Shown one piece after another: positions 39,340-52,719 of a DNA stretch of 64,000 nt. Both the position numbers and the translations under genes were made by a program. The notes below the pieces were generated by a model. The model made no database searches and was not told the DNA's origin. It saw only the letters and a program-made list of their open reading frames with translations. The DNA lies in assembly GCA_964016885.1 (NCBI GenBank), contig OZ024746.1, positions 17,422,001 through 17,486,000 on the forward strand. Reading direction: 5' to 3'. Origin of the DNA: Eledone cirrhosa (taxonomy: Eukaryota). Numbering within the stretch: the first letter of the stretch is position 1; every line of letters starts with the position of its first letter.

Positions 39340-42300
39340 TTGCCTTTCATCCTTACGGGATCGATAAAATGAAGTACCAGTAATGTACTGGGTAATTGCT
39401 GGCCTTGTGCCAAAAGTAGAAACAATTATTATTATTATTATCTATTAAAACATTCCTTGTAATCAGTTTTGTAAAATAAAGTAATTAGATAAACAAGTTA
39501 AATACATATTTTCAGTTTCTTCTTCATCGTTTTTTTGTTAATGATTTAATTGGAGGAAAGAAGTGTCGAAGATTGTTGCTCCTAACCTTTAACATTTCTT
39601 CTCAGACTGGTAACAGTTAATAGTTGTTATTTGTTCAACTTCAAGTTCTGTCTATATGGTGATTCTTGTGGGAAAATTGTGATAAAAAGGAAGGTGCCTT
39701 TTCTTTCCAGAGAGTTTTATGTTGTCGGAGTGTAGTGGGAATTGGGGAGTGGGTGAGAAGGCTTAGGAGTAATCTGTTTACTGTGGGATTTCGATTGAGA
39801 TTATGATAAAGGGCAATGGAGGTGGAAGTGGGAGGGGGTATGAGGTGATGACATCTGGTGGGTTTGGGTGAAGGTTAGTATATACAACAAGGCGGTGAAT
39901 TGTTCAAGTCGTTAGGACATCGGAATAAAAATTCTTTGTGGTATTTGGTACAACTTACTCCGCTCTCAGTTCAAATCTCACTGGGGTCATTTTTGCTTTC
40001 GTCCTTTCAAGGTCAATAAAATAAAGTACCAGTCCTATACTGAGGTTGGTTCTTCCTTTCTCTCACTTTCTCTGGAAGAAATCGGCCATTCTGACTTGGA
40101 GAGGGATGGGATCCACCAGATTTTTTTAAAATACCCAAGACACACCATTTGTCAGGATGGTGGCTCCATCAGGAGTGAACAGCCCTTTACCATACCTTAT
40201 TACATACAACAGGAAAGTCCTCCACAAGAGTAGATGTCCTTGTATGCATTGTTGTACTTTCTTGAGGTAGGTAGATTGGCAGAATCGGTAGAGCAACAGA
40301 CAAAATGCTTTGTGGTTACAACTTTCTATGTTCTGAGTTCAAATTGTGTGAAAGTCAACTTCACCTTTCATCCTTCTGAGCTTCATAAAGTAAAGGGCCT
40401 GTAAGTACTGGAGTTGATTTAATCAACTTTTCCCTTCTCCAAAATTGATGGCTGTGTGCCTAAATTAGAAACAATTATCTGTTGTGATCCTAGTATTTGT
40501 AACAAGTCGTTTTTAACCCTTTAGCATTTAAACCGTCCATATCTGGCTAGAATTCTCTCACCTCTTTCTGTTTACACAGGCCATAACCAGTTTCTCATAC
40601 TGACATTAAAGTATTGTTCTCAAAATAAATAATATCAAAATCTCATCGATTCAGTATTATGTGAGATAATTATGTTAAATAAAGTGTTTACCATGAAAAT
40701 ACAATAGCAAATATAGAGTAATATAAATGCTAAAAGGTTGAAGTAGTTATGTATTATACACATCTGTTGAACATTGGTCAAAATGATTGACTAAATCTCT
40801 TTAACTCTTTCATGACAGTATTTCTTATTAAATACATTTTATTTCAGGTATAGGCAACCTTTCTCAAGAAGTGGGTCCTATGATATATGGCTTGCCATAA
40901 AGCAGGCTGTACTAATAAATATATTCAAGGTTATTTTGAAATTAGGTGTGTCATTCAGAAAGCCAAATGGGCTACAATTTGACTATGACTACTCTATTTT
41001 AACTAATTAATGAAGAATTTTGAGGAATTTACTAAAATTATTAATTATTTCATTATTAAGATATTAACTAAACACAACTAAAATTATTTTGGAAGATTTT
41101 AACTTAATAGGAGCCCTTTAAAATAGGTGGTTTTGTTTCATAGAACCAGAGGTGGTTAAAGGGTTAAAGTAGTATCATAGCTTGGCTGCAGTCTAATGAC
41201 TGAAACCAGTACAAGAATAAATGTATAAAGGTAAAATAAAGAGCCTTAACTTCTGATTGAGTTGTAAGGTGCTGCCCTGACACACTGTTTTGGGCACTTT
41301 AAAACTGGTGAAGCCAATCCCTTTTTAGGTGAAAACAACCATTGAAAGAAAGAGGAGAGAAACAATTTACCCCAGTAGTGATGTGATACTTTATTTTATT
41401 GACTTCAAAAGGGTAGGATTTGAACTATTATGAGAAAAGAAAGTTGGAATGAGAATGAATTAATCTGCAGCAAAGCCAATAAAAACCATAATCATGGAAG
41501 AATTATGAAATGATTCATCAGAAACTGGACTGTAAAAAAAAAAAAAAAAAAAATCAATGCCATCAACATCTGCAAAGAATCAGTGGTTGTCAACAACAAG
41601 GAGATGTTTATATGGAAACAAGACAACCAGCAGGAGGAGGAGCAAAGAAAAAAAAGAACTAAAAAATATCAGTGTTTGATTTACAGTATGGTTGCCCCCC
41701 AACGCTGGCCACTGCAGTTATATATCCTGGGCCCTTTGCCAATATTATATCACCTGATTAATCATTCCTCAACAGAAAATCATCTGTAAGCAGTTGTGTT
41801 GCGTTGCGCACAAAGTCACGCCATTTGCTTGCCACATAAATCATTTGATGGCTGGCTTAGCTTTAACATTTACTAAATGACATACTTTACATAAACATTT
41901 AGGTGCCAGCTGGAATGGCTGCATGGTTAAGGTGTTCATTTAATAACCACATGCTTTCAGTTTCAGTCCTCGGACAAATGTCTTCTTTTATAGCCAGGGG
42001 TTAACCAATACCTTGTGAGTGAAACTCCATAGACAGAAACTGTATATACGTATATATGAGTAAACCTGTGTGTTGTGTGTGTTTGTGTGTGTATATGTGT
42101 GTTGTCTGTTTGTGTCTCTGTGTCTGTGCTTATGTTTATGTCTTGTAACTTAATATATTTGCTAAATTTTGACTTCTTTATAATATACTGCCTATTATTG
42201 TCAAATATTTTTTTTAAATCAAAAATTTTAAGATATTTAATAATATAGTTTCTACTTTTGGCACAAGGCGAGCAATTACCCCAGTGCATTACTGGTACTT

Positions 42301-42814
42301 TATTTTATTGACCTCGTAAGGATGAAAGGCAAAGTTAACCTCGGCGGATTTGAACTCAGAAGTAATATAATTAACTAACTTTCTCATTATCAAGTTAGTG
42401 TTTGGAACATAACTCACTAAATGTTCTTACATGAAACTATGATAGACATTTTTAGAGAAATATAAACAATTAAAAAATGTTGTATAGTGGTTGGTTATAA
42501 AAGGTTTAAGGCGATAAAGAGGTAATTGTAGATAATACTTTCTTCTATCAGGCAATCTTACTGAAGTATGTTAGCACCAATCAGAAACAATTTTCTAAAA
42601 CAGAATTAAAGTGAAGAGCAACAAGTATGAGATATCTAATACAATATAAATTCCAATGTAAATAGTCAATAGATGTTTCAAGGACATTGCCCCTGCTTAA
42701 GTAAAGGTTAGACATGTGGGGACCCCATCACAGACACCATATTGGTCATAGGAACCTTTTTTGAGGCAATGTTTTACAGCCATACACACTTCCTGGTGCC
42801 TTTTATAACACATT

Positions 42815-43120
42815 CATACAGTGTTCCTATTTTAAACACAGAGATACAGTGTGCCTATTATAAACCTGATACACACAGAGATACAGTGTGCCTATTGTAA
42901 ACTTGATACATACAGGAATATGGTGTACTTATTGTAAACCTGATACATACAGGGATATGGTGTACCTATTGTAAACCAGACACATACAGGGATACAGTGC
43001 ACCTGTTGTAAACCAGACACATACAGGGATATGGTGTACCTATTGTAAACCAGACACATACAGGGATACAGTGTACCTGTTGTAAACTAGATGCACACAT
43101 ATGTAAATCAGATACATACA
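42815..43120. repeat. Degenerate ~38-bp tandem repeat
   Basis: Unit similar to acatacagggatacagtgtacctattgtaaaccagac, about 7 copies. Confidence 0.85.
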
Positions 43121-45279
43121 GAAAATTATTTCTAATCAATACAAATGGCTAATGTCTGTGCCTAATACAAAATACGAGAAAATGATACTAGAAGAATACT
43201 ATTTTTTATTTTAAAGTCTATTTCAAGTCCAGAGGCTCATCAGACAAGAGCTTATCTCAGTTTCGTTGGTGTTAACTGATTGAGAGTACAAGAATCCCTC
43301 TTGGATGTAACACTAGTCCATCACAGGATAAACTCCCAACTGCTGTAGGCACACATTTGATTTTTCTAGTTGACTGGACTGAAATCTCTTGAAGCAATGT
43401 AATCACCCATCTAGGAACCAAATCCTCAACCTTACAATCCTAATCCCAACAGCCTAACAACTGGTGACTTTGCATATCCTAGATGTTTCTGTTATGGCAG
43501 GATATCAGGTTAAATGTTTCCGACTCCATGTCCTGCTAGTGTTAGCCGTTCCTACTTATAAACTCCACAAAACAAATAATCATATAATAAATACTTGAGA
43601 GAATGCTATTAAATTTTGTCAATGACATTTCATGTTTGTTTAGACTACGCATATGTCTTCTACAACCTTAATTCTCAGAATTTAGGATACAGAATATTCC
43701 AAATTAACATAGAGAGATAGACATAAAATAATGACGATTAATGAAAATAGAAATACAACTACATATTTCATGGAAAAAGTCATTTTAGGCACTAAAAAAT
43801 AGGAATACAACTACGTATTTCGTGAAAAAGTCATTTTAGGCACTAAAAAATAAAAAGATTCACTAAAGATAATTTTTACATCTTTTCACTTTTCACCGCA
43901 GTTTTCTCTCCTGCAGATGTAGCATGCAGGAGAGAGGGTTGCGCTGTTACAGACATGTATGTAATGTATATGGATGACAATTATCGAGTGAAGAAATTAT
44001 ACAAATACACATTCACATATACATATATGTACACACACACACACATATATATATATGTATTTTTATAGAAAAATAACAAGTCCACTCATGTCACCATCTC
44101 TAGGAAAATTGTTGATGCTGGCGTTTTGTGTAAGAAAATTTTGTTTTAAAAGGTGGTGCTTGAGCGCATCTATCTGAAGGGAAAAACTGTTTTGTATATA
44201 GAGTTGTACGTGTGTGTGCATGTACATGGGTATGTTTGTAAGTACGAAGCTGTGAGCAAATCTGTGTGTGTGAGTGAGTTAGTTGTTGGTCTGTACAGAG
44301 CTGTGAAGGGAAGTGTAAAGGGGTAAGTATTTGTGTGTTTTTTGTTGGTCTGTATAAGCTGTAAGAATGTGTGTTTCTGACCATAATAGAGCCTAGGGGT
44401 GAATGAACGCGCGCATGTGACAGCAGACAAGGTAAAGGTGACAGTGGCTAAGAGTAGAGAAGTAAGCACGAGCATGTGTGCAAGATTAAAAGATTTGGGG
44501 AGGGAGAGTTGAGTCCATTAGGGAAACTGAACCGAAGGTAGAAAATCAGACTCTGCTCAGTCCTGCTGCGCAAGGCCTGTGATCTGTGATGGGTGGACCT
44601 TTCGAATAAAGTACTTTATATATATTTTCTTTTCATTGCTGAGTAGACTGGAGCAATGCGAAATAAAATATCTTGCTCAAGGACACAACGTACTGACCGG
44701 AATCGAACTCATGACCTTATGATTGTGAGCTGAACACTCTAACCAGTAAGCCACGTGGCATTAGAGCTTTAGCTATTATATAGAGTACCAGTGGTTTCCA
44801 AGCAGCTAAAGAAGTGTTGTGGTGTGGTGGTGAGGTAGTGTGGTGGGGTAGTGGGTTGGTGGGGTGGGGTTTTTATACACCAGGTATTAGATAAGAACAG
44901 AACTACTTGGGGTGGGGTTCAAACGGGTTTCTAAAGGTTTGTAGGTACATTAACCTTATCACCGCCACCACAGTACCACCAACACCACCATGCCACATCA
45001 ACTACTACCACCACCACCACCACCACCACCACCATGCAACACTACATCAACGCCGACACCACTACCTTCACGAACAACATCAACACCACCACCACTGTCA
45101 CCACTCCTGCCACCACCAAAACCATAAACATCACTAACATGACATCCGCAATCACACCAGCTCAACAAACACCATAATCACACCACCAGAATCAATATTT
45201 AAAAAAATGTATTACAAAAGACATTTTTGGGTTGAAATATTGTCTCTCGCTCTCTATAAATATATATGTATATATATAT

Positions 45280-45422
45280 ACGATATTGAACAAATGGAAA
45301 CTATATTTATAAAACCATATTTATTTCATTATACATATTTCAGGGATACCATTTCAGGTTTAATATCGTATATCTACTCCAAAAACTTGTCGAGTGCTTT
45401 ATATGAGTTATAAAATATTTAC

Positions 45423-45458
<36 letters not shown>

Positions 45459-45560
45459 GTAAATATTTTATAACTGATATAAAGCACTCGACAAGTTTTT
45501 GGAGTAGATATACGATATTAAACCTGAAATGGTATCCCTGAAATGGTATCCCTGAAATAT
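45280..45560. mobile_element. Family A fragments in a palindrome centred on (TA)n
   Basis: Arms 45336-45428 and 45454-45544 flank a (TA)n centre. A 14-bp tandem duplication ggtatccctgaaat lies at the right end. Confidence 0.7.
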
Positions 45561-46349
45561 ATATATATATATTGTTTCTTTCGTGGATGCTGGCCGAGCG
45601 CCGCAACTTCGATTTTACTAACTCCCACTCTTATATTTATATATATATTACACACAATATTTAAAAGATGTTTACACGACGCTTTAAAAATGTATGTAGA
45701 GGAAGGGAGAGAAACATTAAATAACATACAATCTTAAATTCTATAGAAAGTCGGGATGGTCAGTTAAGGAATTTGACTGGCGATCAAAGGTCTTCTTGAC
45801 CTAGTCCTAAATAACACCAACAACAACAACACCGTCAGCAGACTATTAGTCAATAAAATTGTGTGTGTATATACTTATGTATATGTATTCATACAGACAG
45901 TTTTTATTCAGTTTAAGCCTAAGCACACAATAAACACGCATATATTTGCGTATGTGGTGTGTATATATATATATAAAGTCATTGTGCTGTGTAATGGAAG
46001 GAGGGTGACTGCCTCGGCTCACATCACCTGATCGTATTGAAGGTGGTATGATATGAAGTTCACGTCAGCAACATCCCCCTCCCTTTGATCTGCTTTCTTA
46101 TTCCTCCTTCTACTACTATTACTTCTACTTTTATTTTTTCTCTTTCACTCTCTCCCTCTCCCTCTGTCTTATTCCTTTTCTCTCTCTTTCACTCTCTCTC
46201 ATTTCTCTCTTTCCTTCACTAAGTCATTTATTACGCTGTCATATTTCTTCTTTCCCATCCTATCTATATACTCTTTCTTTCTCTCTGTTTCTCTCTCTCT
46301 CCCCGCTCCCCCTCTCTTTATGTATGTATGTATGGATGGATGTATAGAT

Positions 46350-46452
<103 letters not shown>

Positions 46453-46579
46453 AAAGTTCTATTTAAATTGTTGGGATACAACAAGTAAATATTTTTATAA
46501 CTGATATAAAGCACTCGACAAATATTTGGAGTAGATATACGATATTAACAAATGGAAACTATATTTATAAAACCATATT

Positions 46580-46644
46580 TATTTCATTATACATATTTCA
46601 AGGATACCAAGTTAAATTATGGTATGCCTTCATCAGACAAAATA
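46580..46644 (-). ncRNA. Minimal type I hammerhead ribozyme motif (family A)
   Basis: Reverse complement of the motif at 46751-46815. Confidence 0.75.
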
Positions 46645-46750
46645 CAATATATACCAGTTTTATAAATAAACATTGACGTACCCTTCCAAAAGTAACGGTC
46701 GCATTTTGGAAGGGTACGTCAATGTTTATTTATAAAACTGGTATATATTG

Positions 46751-46815
46751 TATTTTGTCTGATGAAGGCATACCATAATTTAACTTGGTATCCTTGAAAT
46801 ATGTATAATGAAATA
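46751..46815 (+). ncRNA. Minimal type I hammerhead ribozyme motif (family A)
   Basis: tattttgt-CTGATGA-aggcatacca...tggtatcctt-GAAA-tatgtata-atgaaata. Stem I is retained with two G-U pairs. Confidence 0.78.
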
Positions 46816-46987
46816 AATATGGTTTTATAAATATAGTTTCCGTTTGTTAATATCGTATATATATATATATTTATTATTATTACTATATATTAAATAAAGT
46901 ACCAGTAATGCACTGGGTAATTGCTGGCCTTGTGCCTAAAGTAGAAACAATTATTACTATATATATATATATTCAACCCGGAATAAC

Positions 46988-47019
<32 letters not shown>

Positions 47020-47021
<2 letters not shown>

Positions 47022-47203
47022 ATAATAATAAATTTGAAGACTAAAATCCAAAGAGGGCTCGATAAGGATAAATATATATCAAATATATATGAACCGTAGA
47101 GCAAATATTTATTAAAAGTTTAAGCAAAGAATCGCTGCTTTCAGAAGATCCCGTTAAGGGTGAAAGCAGCGATTCTTTGCTTAAACTTTAATCTGTTATT
47201 TTA

Positions 47204-47210
<7 letters not shown>
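47020..47210. mobile_element. Fold-back element with disrupted hammerhead core
   Basis: Arms 47115-47143 and 47161-47189 flank (ca)GAAGA-tcccgttaagggt-GAAA. The left part is shared with 26070-26150. Confidence 0.55.
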
Positions 47211-47261
<51 letters not shown>

Positions 47262-47263
<2 letters not shown>

Positions 47264-47462
47264 TTTCTGAATTTATTTAGCAAGATTCTTTATCTGAAAA
47301 CGTGTGTTGAAACAGATATTGTTATACTTTGGGAGGGTCATGTTGCCAATAAGAAACACACGCACTAGTTGTTTCACTTCAATTTATTATAATAAATTTA
47401 TAAATTTAGGAATTTATAAATTTCTGCTTGGTTGGTTGGATCCACAACCAGATAGTTGTTTA
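47262..47462. repeat. Unclassified dispersed repeat
   Basis: Inverted near-identical copy at 48232-48380. Related segments at 15885-15975 and 16735-16760. Confidence 0.7.
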
Positions 47463-47469
47463 TATATAT

Positions 47470-47612
<143 letters not shown>

Positions 47613-47798
47613 CAAACAGCACGGACACTCTATCTCAAAATTATTTTTGAAAAGCATTTAGAAATGCGCAACCGGTAAAAACTTAAAAACTTAAAACCAC
47701 AACTGAATACTAACCCATACAATCACTAATACTCTTTTATTCCTAATTAAACCATTTTTCAACTGTGAACAATTTGTCAGCATTTTCTATTCCGTTTA

Positions 47799-47836
<38 letters not shown>

Positions 47837-47994
47837 CAAATATATATATATATACAAATATATGCAAATGTTCTATTTAAAATTGTTGGGATACAACAAG
47901 TAAATATTTTATAACTGATATAAAGCACTCGACAAGTTTTTGGAGTAGATATACAATATTAAATAAATGGAAACTATATTTATAAAACCATATT

Positions 47995-48059
47995 TATTTC
48001 ATTATACATATTTCAGGGATACCAAATTAAAATATGGTATGCCTTCATCAGACAAAATT
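47995..48059 (-). ncRNA. Minimal type I hammerhead ribozyme motif (family A)
   Basis: Near-exact reverse complement of the motif at 48084-48148. Confidence 0.73.
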
Positions 48060-48083
48060 ATTTATAAAACTGTTTATATATTG

Positions 48084-48148
48084 TATTTTGTCTGATGAAG
48101 GCATACCATATTTTAATTTGGTATCCCTGAAATATGTATAATGAAATA
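48084..48148 (+). ncRNA. Minimal type I hammerhead ribozyme motif (family A)
   Basis: tattttgt-CTGATGA-aggcatacca...tggtatccct-GAAA-tatgtata-atgaaata. Confidence 0.78.
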
Positions 48149-48380
48149 AATATGGTTTTATAAATATAGTTTCCATTTATTTAATATTGTATACAAATAT
48201 ATATATATATACAAATATATATATAAACAAATATATAAACAACTATCTGGTTGTGGAACCAACCAACCAACCAGAAATTTATAAATTCCTAAATTTATAA
48301 ATTTATTATAATAAATTGAAGTGAAACAACTGGTGCGTGTGTTTCTTATTGGCAACATGACCCTCCCAAAGTATAACAAA

Positions 48381-48412
<32 letters not shown>

Positions 48413-48515
48413 TGATTTCCAATTTAGGCACAAGGGTAGCACATTTTGCGAAGTTAATAAATAAACCTCAATAATTGATTGATACTGCATTTTATCGATC
48501 CCCGAGTGTGTGCCT

Positions 48516-48553
<38 letters not shown>

Positions 48554-48581
48554 AGGCACATATATATAGAGAGAGAGGCAT

Positions 48582-48612
<31 letters not shown>

Positions 48613-48633
48613 AATTATATATAAATTTAAGCT

Positions 48634-48725
48634 AAAACTCTGATGAGCTTTGGATTCCAGAGTCGGGTCCGATCGATACAGATCGACCCTTGAGCTGATC
48701 AATCGCGAAACGTGCGTCACATCTG
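48634..48725 (+). ncRNA. Hammerhead-like motif with enlarged multi-hairpin stem II
   Basis: CTGATGA(48640-48646)-gc...gc-GAAA(48707-48710)-cgtgcg-TC. Internal hairpins ctttgg/ccagag and gggt-c-cgatc/gatcg-accc. Stem I pairs poorly. Confidence 0.5.
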
Positions 48726-49080
48726 AATAAACTTAATGAACATTTGATACCTCGTCCAAACTTACACACACATATGAAAAGATATATGTTTATATATAGA
48801 GAGAAAGAGCCATATATTATATATACATATATAAGCGTTTGTACATAAAACAATGAAAAAAAGACAGAAGTCAGACGTAGGTAGCTAATTAGTTCATTGC
48901 TTTACGGTCGTTCCAGAGGGTCGATTGATCATGGAAGAACGATGTATTGACTAGCATGGAAGTGGTTAGGCTCAGAAGCCATTTGAGATCTCATGCCAGG
49001 AAGGAACAGGCATAAACTGCAAGAAGTGGTCAAGCTTTGTATGGGGTAGACGACCTTCATATATATTAACAACTGGAATT

Positions 49081-49153
49081 AACTCTGGACTACCAGCGGT
49101 TTCAGGATGATTTATACACGTTTCCGTCTTGAAACCACTGGTAGTTCAGAGTT
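49081..49153. repeat. Short fold-back repeat with hammerhead 3' half
   Basis: aactctggactaccagcggtttca...tgaaaccactggtagttcagagtt. Related segment at about 8867-8895. Confidence 0.6.
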
Positions 49154-50224
49154 CAGTCAAACTATTAATATAAGTACCCAACTTACACACACACACACAT
49201 ACACACATATATATATATATATATATACACCACTATTATGAATCACGCTATGTTAGTGCTCCTATTAATTAATACCAGCCCCATTATATGCAAACAAGCA
49301 TCACCATAATTGTATTATTTTAGAAAATCAAAATGACGGAGATCTGTGCTTTTCGTTCGTGTTTCGGGAACATAAGTCAACCAATCGTCTCCAACGCTGT
49401 CGGTCATGTGCGTGCATGTATGTCTGTGTGTGTGCGTGTGTATATGTCTGTTTGTGCGTGTGCGAGTGTATTTATGCATGTATGTGCGCGTGAGTGTTTG
49501 TACCCCTGTGTGTGTGTGTGCGTGAGTCTATGTATGTGTCCCTGTGTGCATGTACGTACGGAGTAAGAGATGAGTCAACTTAAATATTTATCCTTCCGGG
49601 ATCAATGAAATAATAAGTACTAATCAACTGAGGATTTGTAACTTACCTCAGCTAATTAATTATTTTAAAGGGATTTTGATTGAGATTTCGATTAATCTAG
49701 CTCTCTATCAGATATCTTCATTGTCACCACATACTAATCACAGTCTTTCCCTTTCTAACATTATTACTTTAGGTTTGTTTACTTCCGTGTTCCTTTTTAA
49801 TGTATACCTTTCCCTTCTCTACTTCACTAACAGCCATCAGTCTCTCTCTCTCTCTCTCTCTCTCTCATCCCATCCCCCATCTCTCTCTATTTCTCTCATC
49901 CCATCCCCCTCTTTCTCAGTTTCTCTGTCATCCCCACCACCTCTCTCTGAGTCTCTCTCATCCCCACCACCTCTCTGAGTCTCTCTCATTCTTCCTCTCC
50001 CCAACCCTTTCTCTAAGTCTCTCTCAGTTTCTCTTTGTCTCTTTCACCAATCCCCTCTCTAAGTCATACTTACATATGTTCTACTTTTAGAAGATTTTCT
50101 ATACAAACCACTTTACAGAGTGTATTGGGTGTACTTTATCATGGCACAAGCACAAGAGAAGTTGTCTCATTTCAAGGCAAATGGGATCAAGAGTGAAAAT
50201 AGGAGTGACTAGACCACCCGTGAC

Positions 50225-50760
50225 CCGTTGGTGGTCTAATGAGAGAGGGGGAATTGTAAAAGAGTGAGGTATGTAGTGCGATATAGAGAGCAGGAGAGAA
50301 TTTGTTGGTTTAGTGAGAGGGTATTGTGAGAGTGAGAGAGAGTGAGGTATGTAGTGGAATATAGAGAGAGGGGTGAATTTGTTAGTCTAGTGAGAGTAAG
50401 GTATGTAGTGGGAAATAGAGAGCGGGAGAGTATTTGCTGGTTTAGTGAGAGAGGAGGAAACTAAGAGAGTGAAAAAGGGTAAGTTATGAAGTTGAATATA
50501 GAGAATGGGAGAGAATTTGGTGGTCTAGTGAGAGAGGGGGAATTGAATGAGTGAGAGAGAGTGAGTCAGGTAGTGAGATATAGAGAGTGGGCGAGAATTT
50601 GGTGGTCAAGTGAGAGAGGGTGAGTTAAGAGAGTGGAAGAGGGTGAGGTATGTAGTGGAATATAAAGAGGGGCAGAGAATTTGGTCGTCTAATGGGAGAG
50701 GGGGATTTTCGAACGAGAGTGAGATGTGTAGAGGGATATAGAAAGGGTGAGAAAGGTATA
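50225..50760. repeat. Degenerate purine-rich tandem repeat
   Basis: Recurrent gagtgaggtatgtagtgg..atatagag..gaatttg..ggtctagtgagagag. Confidence 0.75.
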
Positions 50761-50864
50761 ATAATATTTTGAGAGAGAATTAAAAATAATTGTAGAGCGG
50801 AAGAAAATTGTTTTAATATTGGGTTTCACAGTAAAGTGGCTGTGTATATGAGTGTATGTGTGCG

Positions 50865-50898
<34 letters not shown>

Positions 50899-51634
50899 AA
50901 TATATATATATATATATACAGTATATATATATATATAATGTGTGTGTGTGTGCGTTTATATATATATGTTTGCGTTTGTGTGTATGTGTATATGTGTGTG
51001 TATATGCGTGTGTGTGTTTGTATATATATATATATGTGTGCGTGTTTGTGTCTATATACATGTGTGTGTGTGTGTTTATATATGTATTTATGTGTATGAA
51101 AGTGCGTGGTTAGGGTATTTGGCTCACAATAATAAGGTCGTGAGTTCGTTTCCCGGCACCGCGTTGTGTCCTTGAGCAAGACACTTTATTTCAAGTTGCT
51201 CCAGTTCACTCAGCTGGCAAAAATGCGTTGTACCTGTAATTCGAAGGACCAGCCTTGTCACACACTGTGTCACACTGAATCTCCCTAAGAACTATGTAAA
51301 GCGTACGCGTGTCTGTGGAATGCTCAGCCACTTGCACGTTCATTTCACGAGTAGGCTGTTCCGTTGTTAGTATCAATTGGAACACTCGTCGTCGTAACCG
51401 ACATTTATATGTGTGTGTTTATATATATACATATGTGTGCGTGTGTATGTTTGTGCGTTTATATATATGTGTATGCCTCTGTGTGTGTATATATATATGT
51501 GTGTGTGTGTGTATATATATATACTTTAAAATGATTTTTAAATAACTAAATATGCACAGACATGTATATAATGTAAAATGAAATTGGAAAGCCTATATAT
51601 ATATATATATGTATATATATGTGTGTGTGCGTGC

Positions 51635-51671
<37 letters not shown>

Positions 51672-52048
51672 GTGTCTGTGACCTATATACTTTGGTCACA
51701 GACACACACATATACACTCACATACACATATATACACATATATATATATACACACACACACACATACTTAGAAACCCTTCCTATTTAGCAGGAAATATTC
51801 GCTACACACATCCTGTCCTAACACAAGTTATATGATACATATGACTTAATATTCAATAACCAAATTCGAGCTATATACAGTAATGCTGTATTCGATTCTT
51901 TGAAGTCACCTGTTATAATTTCTTTCAACAACACCACCAGCTCTCTCTCTCTTCCATTTTCCTTCTGGGCCTTTTCTCTCTCTTTATGTCTCTCTTTTGA
52001 TCTACTTTCTTACAACACCCCTCTCCCTCTCTTTCTCTCTCTCCCCCA

Positions 52049-52102
<54 letters not shown>

Positions 52103-52107
52103 ATATA

Positions 52108-52300
52108 TAGGAAAATGTATGACCCTGACGGCGGCAGAGCTCAAGCTGTTTCGACGGCTATTTCAGAAATAGCCGTCGAAACGGCTTGAGCTCTGCTGTC
52201 GGGGTCATACATTTTCCTATTACCCACTCTACTACCCTAAGTATTGAGTACTCTGGTGCGTTATGGTCCATCTGGTTCCTTACCACAACTCCTTCATTAT
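52108..52300. mobile_element. Family C fold-back element in (TA)n
   Basis: Palindrome 52108-52220, near-identical to 7859-8050 but with a different loop. Confidence 0.65.
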
Positions 52301-52719
52301 ATATATATATATATATATATATTTATGAAGGTACCCAGAAAAACCCCATATCTCAGGAACCCATGCTCTGGTTTACACAAAACTTGTTTTATTCCATTTG
52401 TATTCCCATTTCAAGGGCAACTTCCTTTCAAAGTATTTTTCCATTATGTGCTGTTTTGGATGTATTAAATTACAGACAAACACGCAATCACAGAGTTTTA
52501 GTAGTATATAGATAGTTAAGTGAAACAGAAGTTTATGATTCTTTTCCTACTATATCAAGTGCTAAACTAATTATTATCAGAATTGTATTGTATGGGACTT
52601 TCTGAAGCCATGTTTTACAGCCAGATACCTTTCTTAACACCAACCTTTTTAGTCACTTCTTACAGCACGCAGGGATATGCTGTACCTATTATATATTCAT
52701 ATATATATATATATATATA

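Larger units (their letters stand above)
47865..48195. mobile_element. Family A palindromic hammerhead-bearing element
   Basis: Inverted repeat 47950-48193, one hammerhead per arm. Confidence 0.78.

Noticed and set aside
43210-43250. Minus-strand CTGATGA...GAAA as a hammerhead
   Set aside because: Neither stem II (gcctctggactt) nor stem I pairs convincingly.
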